This document shows positions 25,630 to 37,979 of a DNA stretch of 64,000 nucleotides, in pieces. The notes under the pieces are model-generated. The model did no database searches and had not been told where the DNA came from. It saw nothing but the letters and a program-made list of their open reading frames with translations. Position 1 is the first letter of the stretch; each line of letters starts with the position of its first letter. A program made the position numbers and the translations under genes. Source of the stretch: Hypanus sabinus (taxonomy: Eukaryota); the NCBI RefSeq assembly GCF_030144855.1, contig NC_082722.1, positions 11,966,001 to 12,030,000 on the forward strand, written 5' to 3'.

Positions 25630-26490
25630 ATATAGAAAACCTACCACACAATACAGGCCCTTCGGCCCATAAAGTTGTTCCAAACATGTCTCTAACTTAG
25701 AAACTACTAGGCTTACTTATAGCCCTCTATTTTACTAAGTTCCAAGTAACTATCTGAAATTTCCTTAAAAGACCCTATCATGTCCGCCTTCACCACGGTT
25801 GCCAGCAGCCCATTCCGGGCACTCACCACTCTTGAGTAAAACACTTACCCCTAACATCTCCTCTGTACCTACTCCCCAGCACTTTAAACCTGTGTCCTCT
25901 TGTGACAACCATTTCAGCCCTGGGAAAAAGCCTCTGACTATCCATACAATCAATGCCTCTCATCATCTTATAAACCTCTATCAGGTCACCTCTCATTCTC
26001 TGTCGCTCCAAGGAGAAAAGGCAGAGTTCACTCAACCTGTTCTCATAAGGCATGCTTCCAATCCAGGTAACATCCTTGTAAATCTCCTCTGCACCCTTTC
26101 TATGGCTTCCACATCCTTCCTGTAGTGATACAAACAGAACTGAGCACAATACTCCAAGTGGGGTCTGACCAGGGTCCTATATAGCTGCAACATTACCTCT
26201 TGTGTTCTAAATTCAATTTCATGATTGATGAAAGCCAATGCACCATACACCTTCCTAACCACAAGGTCAACCTGAGCAGCTGCTTTGAGTGTCTTATGGA
26301 CTCAGACCTCAAGATCCCTCTGATCCTCCACACTGCCAAGAGTCTTACCATTAATATTATATTCTGCCATCATAATTGACCTACCATAAAGAACCACTTC
26401 ACACTTATCTGGGTTGAACTCCATCAGCCTCTTCTCAGCCCAGTTTTGCAACCTATCAATATCCCGCTGTAACCTTTGACAGCCCTCCAC
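25630..26490 (-). mobile_element. CR1 LINE 3' fragment
   Basis: ORFs 26302..26523, 26032..26262 and 25823..26149 give the CR1 RT C-terminal motifs. Confidence 0.9.
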
Positions 26491-26494
26491 ACTA

Positions 26495-29400
26495 TCCACA
26501 ACTGATTTTGATTTTGTTTGCACCTCAGGATTTGTTACTCAATTAATATCACAGTGTGCACAGTACTGGGTCTGCGATTGGATCCCTGCTCCAGTGCCCT
26601 GACAGTACAATCTGGCCAGAATGAATCCAGCAGACCCGATCATCTGAGAGCAGCCTTGGAACAACAGGGAGTGATGCTGGGGAGACACCAGAACTAGCTG
26701 GACTCCGTGTTGAACGTGCTGGACTTTCTGCTGAAGTGGCTGATCTTGTGGCCCAGACTCAGTCACTCCAGCTGTCCCAGAGCGCCCATTAACATTCTGC
26801 GACTGCATCTTCTGTTCTGCCCTCTGCATTCTCACTTACTCCTCCCATCCAAGATCTCCATCTGCCTCCTCCAGAAAACTACTCAGGTGAACCTGGCACC
26901 TGCTGCTTTTTTTCTTTACCAATGCACCAATTTTTGATTTACAACCAACAACCTTTCTGATCGATCGAGCTAAGGTGGCCTATGTCATCACTCAACTGTC
27001 CGGTTGGGCGAGAAATTGGGGAGGCAGGCTCACCTTTCTGCATCAGTTTTCAGTTATGTTTTGAGGAGATGAGAAAAGTGTATGATCGCTCCAAACATGG
27101 GAGAGAAGCTGCCCGTGAAATGCTGCACATGCACCAGGGGCATGTTTCTGTGTCAGATACAGACATAGAGTTCCGGACCCTAGCCACCTCCAGTGGCTGG
27201 AACTCGGTGGTACAGTACGGCACCTTCATGAATGGCCTCTTCGAAAACATCAAAGATCAGGTGGTCACCTATGATCTTCCTGCCACCTTTGAAGCACTGT
27301 TGGATTTGGCCTTCAGCAGCGCCGTAGAGGGAAGGATTCCAGAGGGTCCCTGGGGGCACTGGGTGAGTTCTAAGCTCCTTGTCAGTCTACATTGCCCTGC
27401 CGTTTGTCCCCATCTCTAATTCACGTTCCAGAGCACGAAGCTGTGAAGGTTGACTGTACCCAACTGATGCCAACTGAAAGACAAAGGAGAATCAGCCCCA
27501 TCCCTGTCTGTACTGTAGCCAATCAGATGATGTTTTGTGCCAGCCTACCATCTTATAACCATATAACAATTACAGCACAGAAACAGGCCATCTCGGCCCT
27601 TCTAGTCCATGCCAAATGCTTACTCTCACCTAGTCCCATCGACCTGCACTCAGACTATAACCCTCCATTCCTTTTCTGTCCATGTACCTATCCAATTTTT
27701 TTTTAAATGACAATATCGAACCTACCTCTACCACTTCTACTGGAAGCTCATTCCACACAGTTACCACTCTCTGAGTAAAGAAGTTCCCCCTCGTGTAACC
27801 CTTAAACTTTTGTCCCCTAACTCTCAAATCATGTCCTCTTGTTTAAATCTCCCTTACTCTCAATGGAAAAAGCCTATCCATGTCAACTCTATCTATCCCC
27901 CTCATAATTTTAAATACCTCTACCAAGTCCCCACTCAACCTTCTACGCTCCAAAGAATAAAGACATGACTTGTTCAACCTTTCTCTGTAACTTAGGTGCT
28001 GAAACCCAGGTAACATTCCAATAAATCTCCTCTGTACTCTCTCTATTTTGTTGACATCTTTCCTATAATTCGGTGACCAGAACTGTACACAATACTCCAA
28101 ATATGGCCTCACCAATGCCTTGTACAATTTTAACATTACATCCCAACTCCTATATGCAATGCTCTGATTTATAAAGGGGTTGGACCCAGTACAGATCCCT
28201 GAGGCACACCACTAGTCACCGGCATCCAACCTGACAAACAGTTACCCACCACTACTCTCTGGCATCTCCCATCCAGCCACTGTTGAATCCATTTTACTAC
28301 TTCAATATTAATACCTAATGATTGAACCTTCCTAACTAACCTTCCATGTGGAACCTTGTCAAAGTCCATCTTGTCCGCATCCAAGAAGGGGACAAGTAGA
28401 AGACGGCCTTTAACACCAGCTCAGGCCATTTTGAGTATCTGGTCATGCCATTCGGTCTCACCAATGCCCCCATTATCTTTCAAGACCTAGTAAATTACTT
28501 TCTCAGGGACATACTAAACCAATTTTTTTTGTGTATTCCGAAGACATTTTGATTTTTTTTCTAGTTCCCTTGCTGAACACCCAAGTTACGTCCGCAGAGT
28601 TCTTCAGTGCCTTCTGGAGAACCAGGTCTTTGTGAAGGCTGAGAAATGTGAGTTTAATCGCAATACTGTCTTCTTCCTGGGGTATGTAATTTCAGGTGGT
28701 TCCATTCAGATGGACCAACAGAAGGTCAAGGTGGTGGTCGAATGGCCCCAACCTTCGACTCATCGGGAGTTGCAACGCTTCTTGGGCTTTGTTAGCTTCT
28801 GTTGCCGCTTCATCAGAAATTACAGTACACTGGCTGCACCACTCACTGCTATTACCTCATCGGCTGTCAGATTCTCCTGGTCCCAGGCTGCTGAAAAAGC
28901 ATTCTCTGTCCTGAAGGAATGTTTCACCTCTGCCCCCATCCTGATTCAACCCGACACTGACTGGCAGTTCATTGTGGAGAAGGATGTGTCTGACATTGGT
29001 GTAGGAGTGGTTACCTTTCAGTGCTCGGCTAAGATGAAGAGATACAGCCCTGCGCCTTCTCCTCTCACCGCCTCACTCCCACGGAGTGGAATTACGATGT
29101 CGGAAACCGGGAGCTGCTGGGTGTGAAGCTCGCTCTGGAGGAGTGGAGGCATTGGCTGGAGGGAGCAAAGTTGCCATTCTTAGTCTGGACTGATCAGAAG
29201 AATCTGGAATATATCCATAGGGCCAATCATCTGAACTCTCCTCAAGCTCGTTGGTCCCTGTTTTTCTCAAGGTTCAATTTTACTCTGTCCTTCTGCCCGG
29301 ATTTCAAGAATGGAAAACCTGTTGCCCTCTCCCGAAGATTTCCTTCCTCTGAAACCCCTGAGGTACCCAACGTTATCCTCCCTGCTCACTGTCTCGTGGG

Positions 29401-30783
29401 TGCAGTGCAATGGGACATTGAAGCCATAATGCAGACTGCTCAACAGAGTGAGGCAGCCTCTAGTCAATGCCCCGCTAACTGTGTTTATGTTCCCAGCTCT
29501 GTCCACAGCGGGATCGTTCTTCCTGGTTATCCTGTCACCTTGAAACCAAGTGTACTCACGCCTTCATCAATCGGTGGTTCTGATGGTCCTCCATGGGAGA
29601 TGACATCTGCAACTTTGTCTCAGCCTGCTCGGTCCATGTTCAAGGCAAGAACTCCAACTGGTCACCTGCTGGTCTATTACAACCCCTAACAATCCCCAAG
29701 AGACCCTGGTCCCACATTGCTCTGGATTTTGTCAACCAGTCTTCCCCCATCAAATGGTAACACCACCATTCTCACAGCAGTTGATCATCTCTCCAAGTCT
29801 GTACACTTCATTCCTTTACCGAAACTGCCCTCTGCCAAAGAAACAGCCACATTACTAGTCCTGCATGTTTTAAATTACATGGTTTATCTGTAGATGTTGA
29901 GTCAGACAGGGGCTTTTAATTCACATCCAACTTCTGGAGGGCCTTCTGTAATCTTCTGGGTGCATCTGTGAGTTTGCCTTCAGGATTCCACCCAAAGACC
30001 AATGGCCAGACTGAGTGGGCCAACCAACAGCTAGAGTCTGTATTGCAGTGTCTGGTCTCCCAGAACCCCTCTGCATGGAGTCAGCAGCTACCCTGGGCCA
30101 AGTACGCCATAAACACTCCTCTGTCCTCATCCACTGGTCTGTCTGCCTTCGGGTGCTGCCTTGGCTACCAACCTTCACTGTTTCCTGCCCAGGAGGAGGA
30201 GGTTGGCATTCCATCTGCTGAGGCATTCATCCACCGTTGTCAGAGGACATGGAGGCGCACCCACTCTGTCCTTCTCTGTGCCTCTGCTAGGATCAAGCGT
30301 CAAGCTGACTGCCATTGCTCCAAGGTTCTACGTTACTACCAGGGACAGCATGTGTGGCTTTCAACTGGAGACCTGCCCCTCAGTGTGGATTCCCGCAAGC
30401 TCGTCCCCCACTTCATTCGCCCCTTTCCCATTGCTAAAGTCATCAACCCTGCTGCCTTCATCTCAAGCTCCCCTCTGCACTCTCCACCGCATTATTCCAT
30501 GTGTCCTGCATTAAGCCTTTCATGAGCCATCCCCTGTTTGTTGCCAGATTGTGCCAGTGAATTTTTCTGAGCCTTTCCAGCATTCATATCTGTATTCTAT
30601 CCATCTGAATATCGACTCTGCCTGTTTCCTGATTCTGCTTTTTTTGATTTCTCTGGATGTTTTTATTTCTGCCTAAACTTTGATGTCGACTTTGTTTGCA
30701 CCACGGGATGTGGTGCTCAATTAATATCACTGTGTGCACAGTACTGGGTCTGTGAATGGATCGCCTCCTCTAGTGTACTGACA
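26495..30783 (+). mobile_element. Degenerate Ty3/Gypsy LTR retrotransposon (Sushi/PEG10-RTL1-like gag)
   Basis: Matching LTR ends ...CAGTACTGGGTCT...TGACA at 26604 and 30783; gag (FEEMRKVY..QG..VS..EFRTLA); RT ([18 protein letters not shown]); RNase H (LALEEWRHWLEG, TDQKNL, QARW); integrase (FHPKTNGQTE). Confidence 0.92.
27555..28362 (-). mobile_element. CR1 LINE fragment nested in the Gypsy element
   Basis: DFDKVPHGRLV, SGVPQGSVLGP and YLEYCVQFWSP peptides; AACCATAT tandem tail at the left end; the Gypsy RT resumes at ~28364. Confidence 0.9.
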
Positions 30784-31113
30784 CTTTCACATAATTGAAC
30801 TGCAGTTTGCTCTTTACTACATACGTGAAACAAATTTAGAATTTTGACATTCTGTCCATTGTCATGGCTATTGGATTAAGTCTTTGTACTCCGAAAAAAA
30901 TACAAAACAAATATCTGAAGTGACGTTATTATCGCTGAGTTAGAGACATGCAGCATATGAATGAGGATCAGGTGTTAGTAGTTGATATGGATTATATTAA
31001 GAACATTTCTTCAAATGCAACCATAATATTTAATGCACTAGAAGTTAATTTAAGGAAAATATTTCAATATTGCAACATCATTTAACTTTTTTCCATTATC
31101 TGTTCCGCAACAG

Positions 31114-31406
31114 TACCAACTCCACTGAAGATATTTGTGAAAAAGAATTCAGCTACCACCTACATTATTGTGTGTGAAACAGTTGCCCTTTATGCCAGTA
31201 ATTTCTCACTTGGTATAAGAGCGGCATTGAAATAGTTATTGACATACAGGCCAAGACAATGAAGAACACTCAGGGACTTCTTGAGTTTCAAACACTTGAC
31301 ACTGCAGCAGCCATCTCAGAATGACACAAATTAAACTTGTTTGGTATCTCATGTCTCCCTCAATACTTCTTCGATAACAGTCTATTCTATTTACATAACC
31401 TCTCAG
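31114..31406 (+). pseudogene. C1-set Ig pseudo-exon, paralogue of 40305-40607 (unit B)
   Basis: Colinear DNA similarity to the intact C1 exon and its upstream intron (30784-31113 vs 39981-40304); 4-nt frameshifting deletion before the conserved Trp (TCACT-TGG, ~31210); splice donor GT replaced by CT. Confidence 0.9.
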
Positions 31407-31419
31407 CTGTGGACTCAGA

Positions 31420-33310
31420 CCAGGCCACCACATGGATTTACTTGCTCTTAGGTGACACAGAGGCAGGGATAGCAAGTCAGGAGCCCTTTAGCAGCAAGCC
31501 ATCTAGAATGGTGAGCATGTGACTTTCAAACCAGCAAGGGTTGAGTTCATGAGCTCCTTTTAGAACAGCTGGCCATCCATGCTCATGGTATTGCATGACC
31601 TTGCAGCAGATTTGATCCTTTTTCAGCTCAGCATGAATTTAGTCTAGTTTATTCTGTGATGCAGGGAAACTTACACGATAAGTAGATATTGATATCATCT
31701 ATGAGGGCAGAGTCAGCTTTTGTCCATGCCATCCTTGACAGAGAGACTGGTGTAGTGAACTTTTGGCCGGGAACATGTTCCATGTCACAAAAGTATTGCA
31801 TAAACCCCATTGTGAATCTTTGCAGACAGGGTAAGTCATCCAAGTATTTTGAGCAGAGGAGGCTGACAAGTCACGTATGGTCTGTTTCCAGTAGGAAGTT
31901 AGTCCGTATTAATTAGCAGTTGAAGTGTTCATAAGCCCATATGAGAGCCAATGTCTTATTTTTTATTTGAACTTAATACTGCTCAAAGGGAAGCAGAGCT
32001 TTTGATGCATTTGCCACCAATTTCAATACACCACTGCAGTACTCATGAGTACTTCACCTAGGCCAAAGGAAGAGGCATTTGCTAATACATTGATTGCTTT
32101 GTCCAAATTTTAAAAAGGCAAGATTGTTGGAGAAATAAGCTCTGCTTTAAGTGATGATAATAATATCTCCTGTGATGCATACTAGGACCAAACATTTCTC
32201 TGAGAGAAGATATCTCGCAGTGGCTTTGTTTCTCTGCCAAGTCTGGAATGAGTTTTCCCAGCTTGTTTACCATGCCAATGAAACTGCAGATCTCTGATAC
32301 ATTTGTAGGTTGTTCCATGTTTTGAATTCCTGCCAGTTCATCTAAATCTGGCTACAGTCACTCTGAGGACAGTTGGTGGTCCAATAACTTCACCTGTAAC
32401 TTTGCAAATTTGAATTTCTTTTTATTCAGGGTGATTGCAGCCTATTTCAGTTTCTCCAAGGCAGACTCCACTCTTTGGTCATGTTCCTCTCTTGAGTCTC
32501 CTGAGATGAGTATATCATCCATGTGGCAGACTACTTCTTCGAGCCCCTCCAATATTGGGTTAATGTTCATCTGAAATAGTTCAGGGGTTGATGAGATGCC
32601 AAACAGGGAGTCTCCTCAAGGTATAGCATTCATATAGTGTGATAAATGTTGTAAGCTTCTGTGACTCAGGAACTAAATGGATCTGCCAGAACCTTGAATT
32701 TGCATCTAGTTCATCTAGTTTGGTGAAGAACTTTGCTCCATCCGCATACCCAATATGTGCTCAACGGAGGGCAGAATAAACTTCTCCTGGCTCACTACAT
32801 TATTCAATTTTGTTAGATTAACACAGATTCTCATTGTGCCGTTTTGCTCGGGAACTGGAATAATGCCTGCGTACCAATCAGTAAGTCCATTCACTCTACC
32901 TATGATGTCAAGCACCTCAATTCTCTCAAGTTCAGCTTTGACTGTGTTCATCAATGGGACTGGTATGTGCCTTGCTGTGGTCATAGAGCATGGCGTCTTG
33001 CCTGACCTCAGTTAGATAAGGCACTCTTCTTTCAATAACTCCAGGCTTGTGAGCAGCTCCGGGTACTACTTGTCACTGAACAGTGTTTTGTGAATCCAAC
33101 CTTACAATTCTTTTGCTGAACAGAGCTTTTTGATGTGGAATGGAGACATGTAACATCTCCTGTAATTGGACATTTTACCTGCTCTTTATTTCACTTGTCT
33201 ATTTTGTTTGAGCTGAGTTCTACTGTCACCTCTTTCTGTTGTTATTATGACTGCACCATGTTTGCAGATTTCTTTTTGTACAGCTTCTAGCTTCATCTCA
33301 GCATTGTTTT
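31420..33310 (-). mobile_element. Second Ty3/Gypsy pol relic (different lineage)
   Basis: IPVPLMNTVKAELER, GTMRICVNLTKLN, LPSVEHIL and PTNVSEICSFIGMVN peptides. Confidence 0.85.
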
Positions 33311-33319
33311 CCTGCCCAT

Positions 33320-33660
33320 AGAATGTGACAGCCTGCCTCAATGGCTATCGTCCAGGAGCACCTACATCAACTATAATGAACTGCTTAGAGAGGTTGGTCA
33401 TGAAATATATCAACTCCTCCCTGAGGAGTGATTTAGATCCACTCCAAATTAAACACCGTCTCAATAGATCAACATCAGTTGGAACACTTGAAAATGAAGA
33501 TGCACACATCAGGATGCTCTCTGGAGATTAATGTTTAGCATTCTATATCATCCTCTTGAACCTAATCATTAGATTTCATTACCCAGGCTTCAATACTGCT
33601 TATGCAACTGGTTCCTCAATTTCCTTATTTGCATTCTCCAGTCAGACTGGAAGCAACAAC
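33320..33660 (+). mobile_element. Rex1/Babar-type RT fragment
   Basis: TSTIMNCLERLVMKYINSSLRSDLDPLQ. Confidence 0.7.
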
Positions 33661-36303
33661 TTCGATTATGTTTCACTTCCTTAATAATTCACAGGACCAT
33701 GTGAAATTTGTCAAAGTGAATCAGATTGTTAGATTTCCCCTGAAATAGTTTCTTTTGCATCAGGAAATTGTTAGTCTTGGTCAGGCTGATGGACAGGCTG
33801 AGGTCATATGAATAGGGTAATCCTATCTTTTACTGGGAGCATTGTCCAAGTATAAATGAAGTTCTTATTGTACAATACTTAAAATACATTTGCACTTCAT
33901 ATAATACCATTCTGTTACCACTGCATGAATCAAAATCTATTTTGTTTCCATTTAACCTACAATTACACCAATACTAACACCTTTCAGTGGATCACAATTA
34001 TAGCTACAGAACAGTATCCTGTTTTAAATGTTGATATGAATGAGTGATGTCAGAATGTTACGTCCATAAAATCAAGACTACCAGCTTTTCATTTATGTTT
34101 TCTGTTCCTCATATGACAATGTTATGTACGGTGTTAATTTTGCACAAAAGATACACCCTGCAATCTTCAAAGTGTTGCTCCTGTGTAACACTGCACAGTG
34201 ATGGGAGAACAAAATACTTACATATACTATTATCTGAAAACCATTGTTTTACCTCAATATCTGTTTTCCCTGCACATTATCACACTACTGTTTACATACA
34301 AATTATTGATACTTAAGTACCTCGGAATTTGCTTCTGTAATCAACAAAGAGTCGTAAACTGTGAAATATAGTGTAATTGAATGAAAGCTATCTGCACCAC
34401 CGATCAGGACAATATTCTGGCAATGTTTATATATTGCACCTAGTTGTTTTAGGAATAAAAGTGAGAGAAAATGGTTATCTTGGAGCCCCTTGCATCTCTG
34501 ATAAGTTATTGTTGATGTTCTACTTTGCAGTGTTATATCCAAGTTGGGCACACTCGAATTCAGGACAGGATACACCCCACGGGAAGGTACTCTCTACAGT
34601 CTGGTTCTATAGATGATTTCCCATGACAATCCACAGATATTTGGAGGAACTTTTGATATAGTGGGTATATTGTAAAAGAGTTTGTTGCCTTCTATGTCAT
34701 AGTTCTCACTGTGTTATCATCGTTTGTGCCAGAACACTGCTGAGTACTGATGAAGAAACAATGCTGTAGTAATTATAGTGGTCAATAGAGGTGATTGATG
34801 GAATTTCAATGGAAGTGACATTGGGCTCACGATGATAGTGCCACACCAGGTATTCAGCAGCGCAGCAGATTCTGTAATTGTGGTCATGAATATGCAAGTG
34901 TCAGCTAATTATTATTTCATTGTGATAGTGTTTAATCCCATTCATTCCATCATAGTATTTGTTGAGACTTCAACACAGTAACGTTTCGCTGCCTGTTGGT
35001 ATTTTGTCTTGCCTGAGAAATTGGACTGTCCAGTCATCTGACTCTTAAGACCAGCAGTATTTGTTTCATCAACACACACAAAATGCTGGTGGGACACAGG
35101 AGGCCAGGCAGCATCTATAAGAAGAAGTACAGTCGACGTTTCGGGCTGAAACCCTTTGTCTCGAATTTCCAGCGTCTATAGATTTCCTCGTGTTGGATAT
35201 TCGTTTTATTCTTAATTGTTCTTTTCGGCCACAGTGTAGGTTTCGTTTTCCATTTGAGAGTGCTAGTTAACGGGCCTGCTTGGCCTAGCATTTATTGTTT
35301 TCTTTTCCCTTTCACTCTGTTCGCATTAAAGTCTGTGAACTATCGACCTGCTTCAGTGTCTCCCACTCCGCACTTGGGTGACAGGTGGAACCGTAAGAGA
35401 GAGGAAGGTAGAACATGGAATCAAGTACGGCTGTGGGAGAATGCATATAGGGGGTCAGTAGGTGAAGTGTGTGGAAAATCAGCCGATGGAGTGGGTAGAG
35501 GAAGAGAAGGAACTCACGCTTACCCAAAACCTCGTCCATCTAACTGAGTAGATTGGAAGGAAAAGAAAGCGACAGGAAACTCTCTTGTTTAAAAAGGGAG
35601 CTTCGCGGGCATTTGGCCATTGCAGAGGCCCTTTCAACAGCAGGAGCAGAGCATTGCGAAGTGGTTTCTCACAGGTGAAAAGCTGATGCAGGGGGCAGGG
35701 CTTCAGATTCTTTTATCATTGGGATCTCTTCTGGGGGAGTATGACTTTCACACTACGCACGGTAACCTGGTATATATCTCTTCCAAAAGATCACAAGACA
35801 AAGGTGCAGAAGCAGGCCATTCGGCCCATCGATTCTGCTCCGCAACTCCACTATGGGCTAAACTATTCTCCCATCTAGTTCCAACCCTGGGAACTTAATT
35901 ATCCTAGCTTTTCTCTTAAATTCGAACTCAGCATGTTCCGCCAAAATAGCGTGTTGGCCATATATCCATGATCGGCAGCAGCATCGCTCGGCTCATGAAC
36001 CAGTATACTAGTCATATCTTTAATCACCAATGTATCCTAAACTATTCCTGATTATAATTTAAAATGATTATTAATGTGCTTAGCCGTGCAAAGGTTGTGA
36101 GGATTCGACATTGTAGAACTATTAGCTCATGTTAAAAGTAGAAACTAGAAATTCATAAAACGTTGTGAAATCTCCTATATCACTTCAATCGTCAGTAAAG
36201 AACGTGAGTGTCAGAAAATGGAAACAGAAATCGATTTATTAAATATTTTATTTCCCCGGTCTGATATCGGTCACCGATTTACGAATCAATGGCTGTAATT
36301 TCA

Positions 36304-36351
36304 CCGCCCCACTCCACGACAGGATATGAATCATCCGGCAGAGAATATAAA
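36304..36351 (+). promoter_or_regulatory. Putative core promoter: GC box and TATA box
   Basis: CCGCCC at 36304-36309 and TATAAA at 36346-36351, 63 nt upstream of the leader ATG. Confidence 0.5.
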
Positions 36352-36413
36352 TCACTCTCTCACTCAACCATTAAAATCGCACATCTATAGACTCATTGAA
36401 TCTGTCAGGCAGA

Positions 36414-36465
36414 ATGTCAGCAAGTGTGTTTCTCTTCCTGGCAGTCAGTGGGAACATTTACATAG
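36414..36465 (+). CDS. IgSF receptor exon 1: signal peptide MSASVFLFLAVSGNIYI
   Basis: AGAATG start, hydrophobic core, phase-1 donor G|gtacag, 142-nt intron to the V exon, in frame. Confidence 0.8.
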
Positions 36466-36607
36466 GTACAGCTTTATTCATTTCTGCGTGTTTTAATTTA
36501 TCAATCAATGTCCGATTAGATTACACGATATTTTTGATAACTGTGAATCAGCTGTAGGTTGCATTTATGAAAAATTCAATTTAACTAACTTAACCTTTCC
36601 TTCTTAG

Positions 36608-36928
36608 CTACGGATCAAACTTCGTTCAATGTATCTCAATCGCCCAAAGAAGCGATGGTATCCAAAGGAGAGAACGTCACGTTCTACTGCGTATTTCCCA
36701 TTTCTCAGGATGAATCCTGGGTAAAAGTCTATTGGTGGAAACAGGGCGAGAATGAATACCAACGGACAAGCACCGGCAGCAGAAAACGTTCCGGTCGGAG
36801 AGGGAAAAGAACTTGGTACTTTGAGTTGCAAAATGTAATGATCCAAGATTCTGGAATGTATCTGTGTTCATTGACCCGCAAAGGACTGCCTGCAAGAAAT
36901 GGAACCGGATCACTTCTAAAAGTTTACG
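36608..36928 (+). CDS. IgSF receptor exon 2: V-set domain with germline-joined J-like G strand
   Basis: ttcttag acceptor; SQSP, VTFYC, YWWKQ, DSGMYLC, NGTGSLLKVY; G|gtaag donor; phase 1 at both ends. Confidence 0.93.
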
Positions 36929-37979
36929 GTAAGCTAAAATAACTGGAGAACGTATTATCTATAAAGTATATAGAATATAACAATATATATATATATATAT
37001 ATGTATAAAAAACAGGTCGACTATGAAAATGTCCTTTAACATCATTTGAAAAAAGACAAGGGAAAATCTGCAGATTCTGGAAATCCAAATAACACACAGA
37101 GAATGCTAGAGGAACTCAGCAGGCTAGACAGCATCTCTGGAAAAGTGTACAATCGACGTGTCGGGCCGAGACTCTTCACCCAGTGTTTACAAATTCAGCA
37201 CTCTTGCTTTAACATCCTTTGTCCAGGGTGTTTTGTAAGAATAAGGTCAATGCTCTATCTCTGTCTGCTAATAAGAGGTGCTCCAAGGGTTTGCCATAAA
37301 TCTTTTAATTCACTGAATTTTACAACACTCTGGCTCTATTCTTCAATACTAGTAACTGAAAATGTTGTTTCTCTATTGATCTGTAATATAGAGATAGTCA
37401 TAAAGTTCCAAAGATATTATTTGCAGAATCGTTGGATTATAGTAGATTAAATTGTGAACAGCTGCCGTCCTGAGATGTAAGTCTTCCAATAATCATTTCA
37501 GAACCGAAGGGCGAAGAGGCATGAAAACTCCTTGCTTCCCTGCTAAAATTTCTCAGCACCCTTTCTTGAAGTTGGTGCCTAAGAACAACCATGGATCTCC
37601 ATCACGTTAGACACACTACTTTCAACGTCTTACTTTATTATGCCCCGTCTAAATGACTCCCAACCTTATAACTGGATCTGATCCATCAGCCACTTTAGTT
37701 TTGCGTTCCTCTCAGTTCTCTCACAAATTCTTTTCGAAATTCTTTCCCTTCTTTCAAACATACGCTGGTTTGCTTCTGATATCCATGCCACTGAATAGAA
37801 CGTTATAGTAATCCAAAATTTCTTTGTTTCAACACCTAGATCACCCTCAGGTTCCATCGTTCAGAAGAAACTCATGAAATACTATCTTTCTTCTTAAACC
37901 AAATCCTCCCAATCCAAGAAAATATTCTTAAAACTTCCCCACTCCCCCATTATAACTCATCCCCCCAGAAGAATGCGTG

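Noticed and set aside
26550-26556. CACAGTG heptamer (CACTGTG at the equivalent place in the other LTR, ~30728)
   Set aside because: It is part of the Gypsy LTR and has no nonamer at 12 or 23 nt.
34194-34217. RSS-like CACAGTG followed by ACAAAATAC
   Set aside because: The spacer is 8 nt rather than 12 or 23, the nonamer is imperfect, and no V, D or J segment is adjacent.
34531-34586. Exon-like segment (tttgcag ... AAG|gtac) downstream of unit B
   Set aside because: No similarity to the intact gene's cytoplasmic exons and no informative motif.
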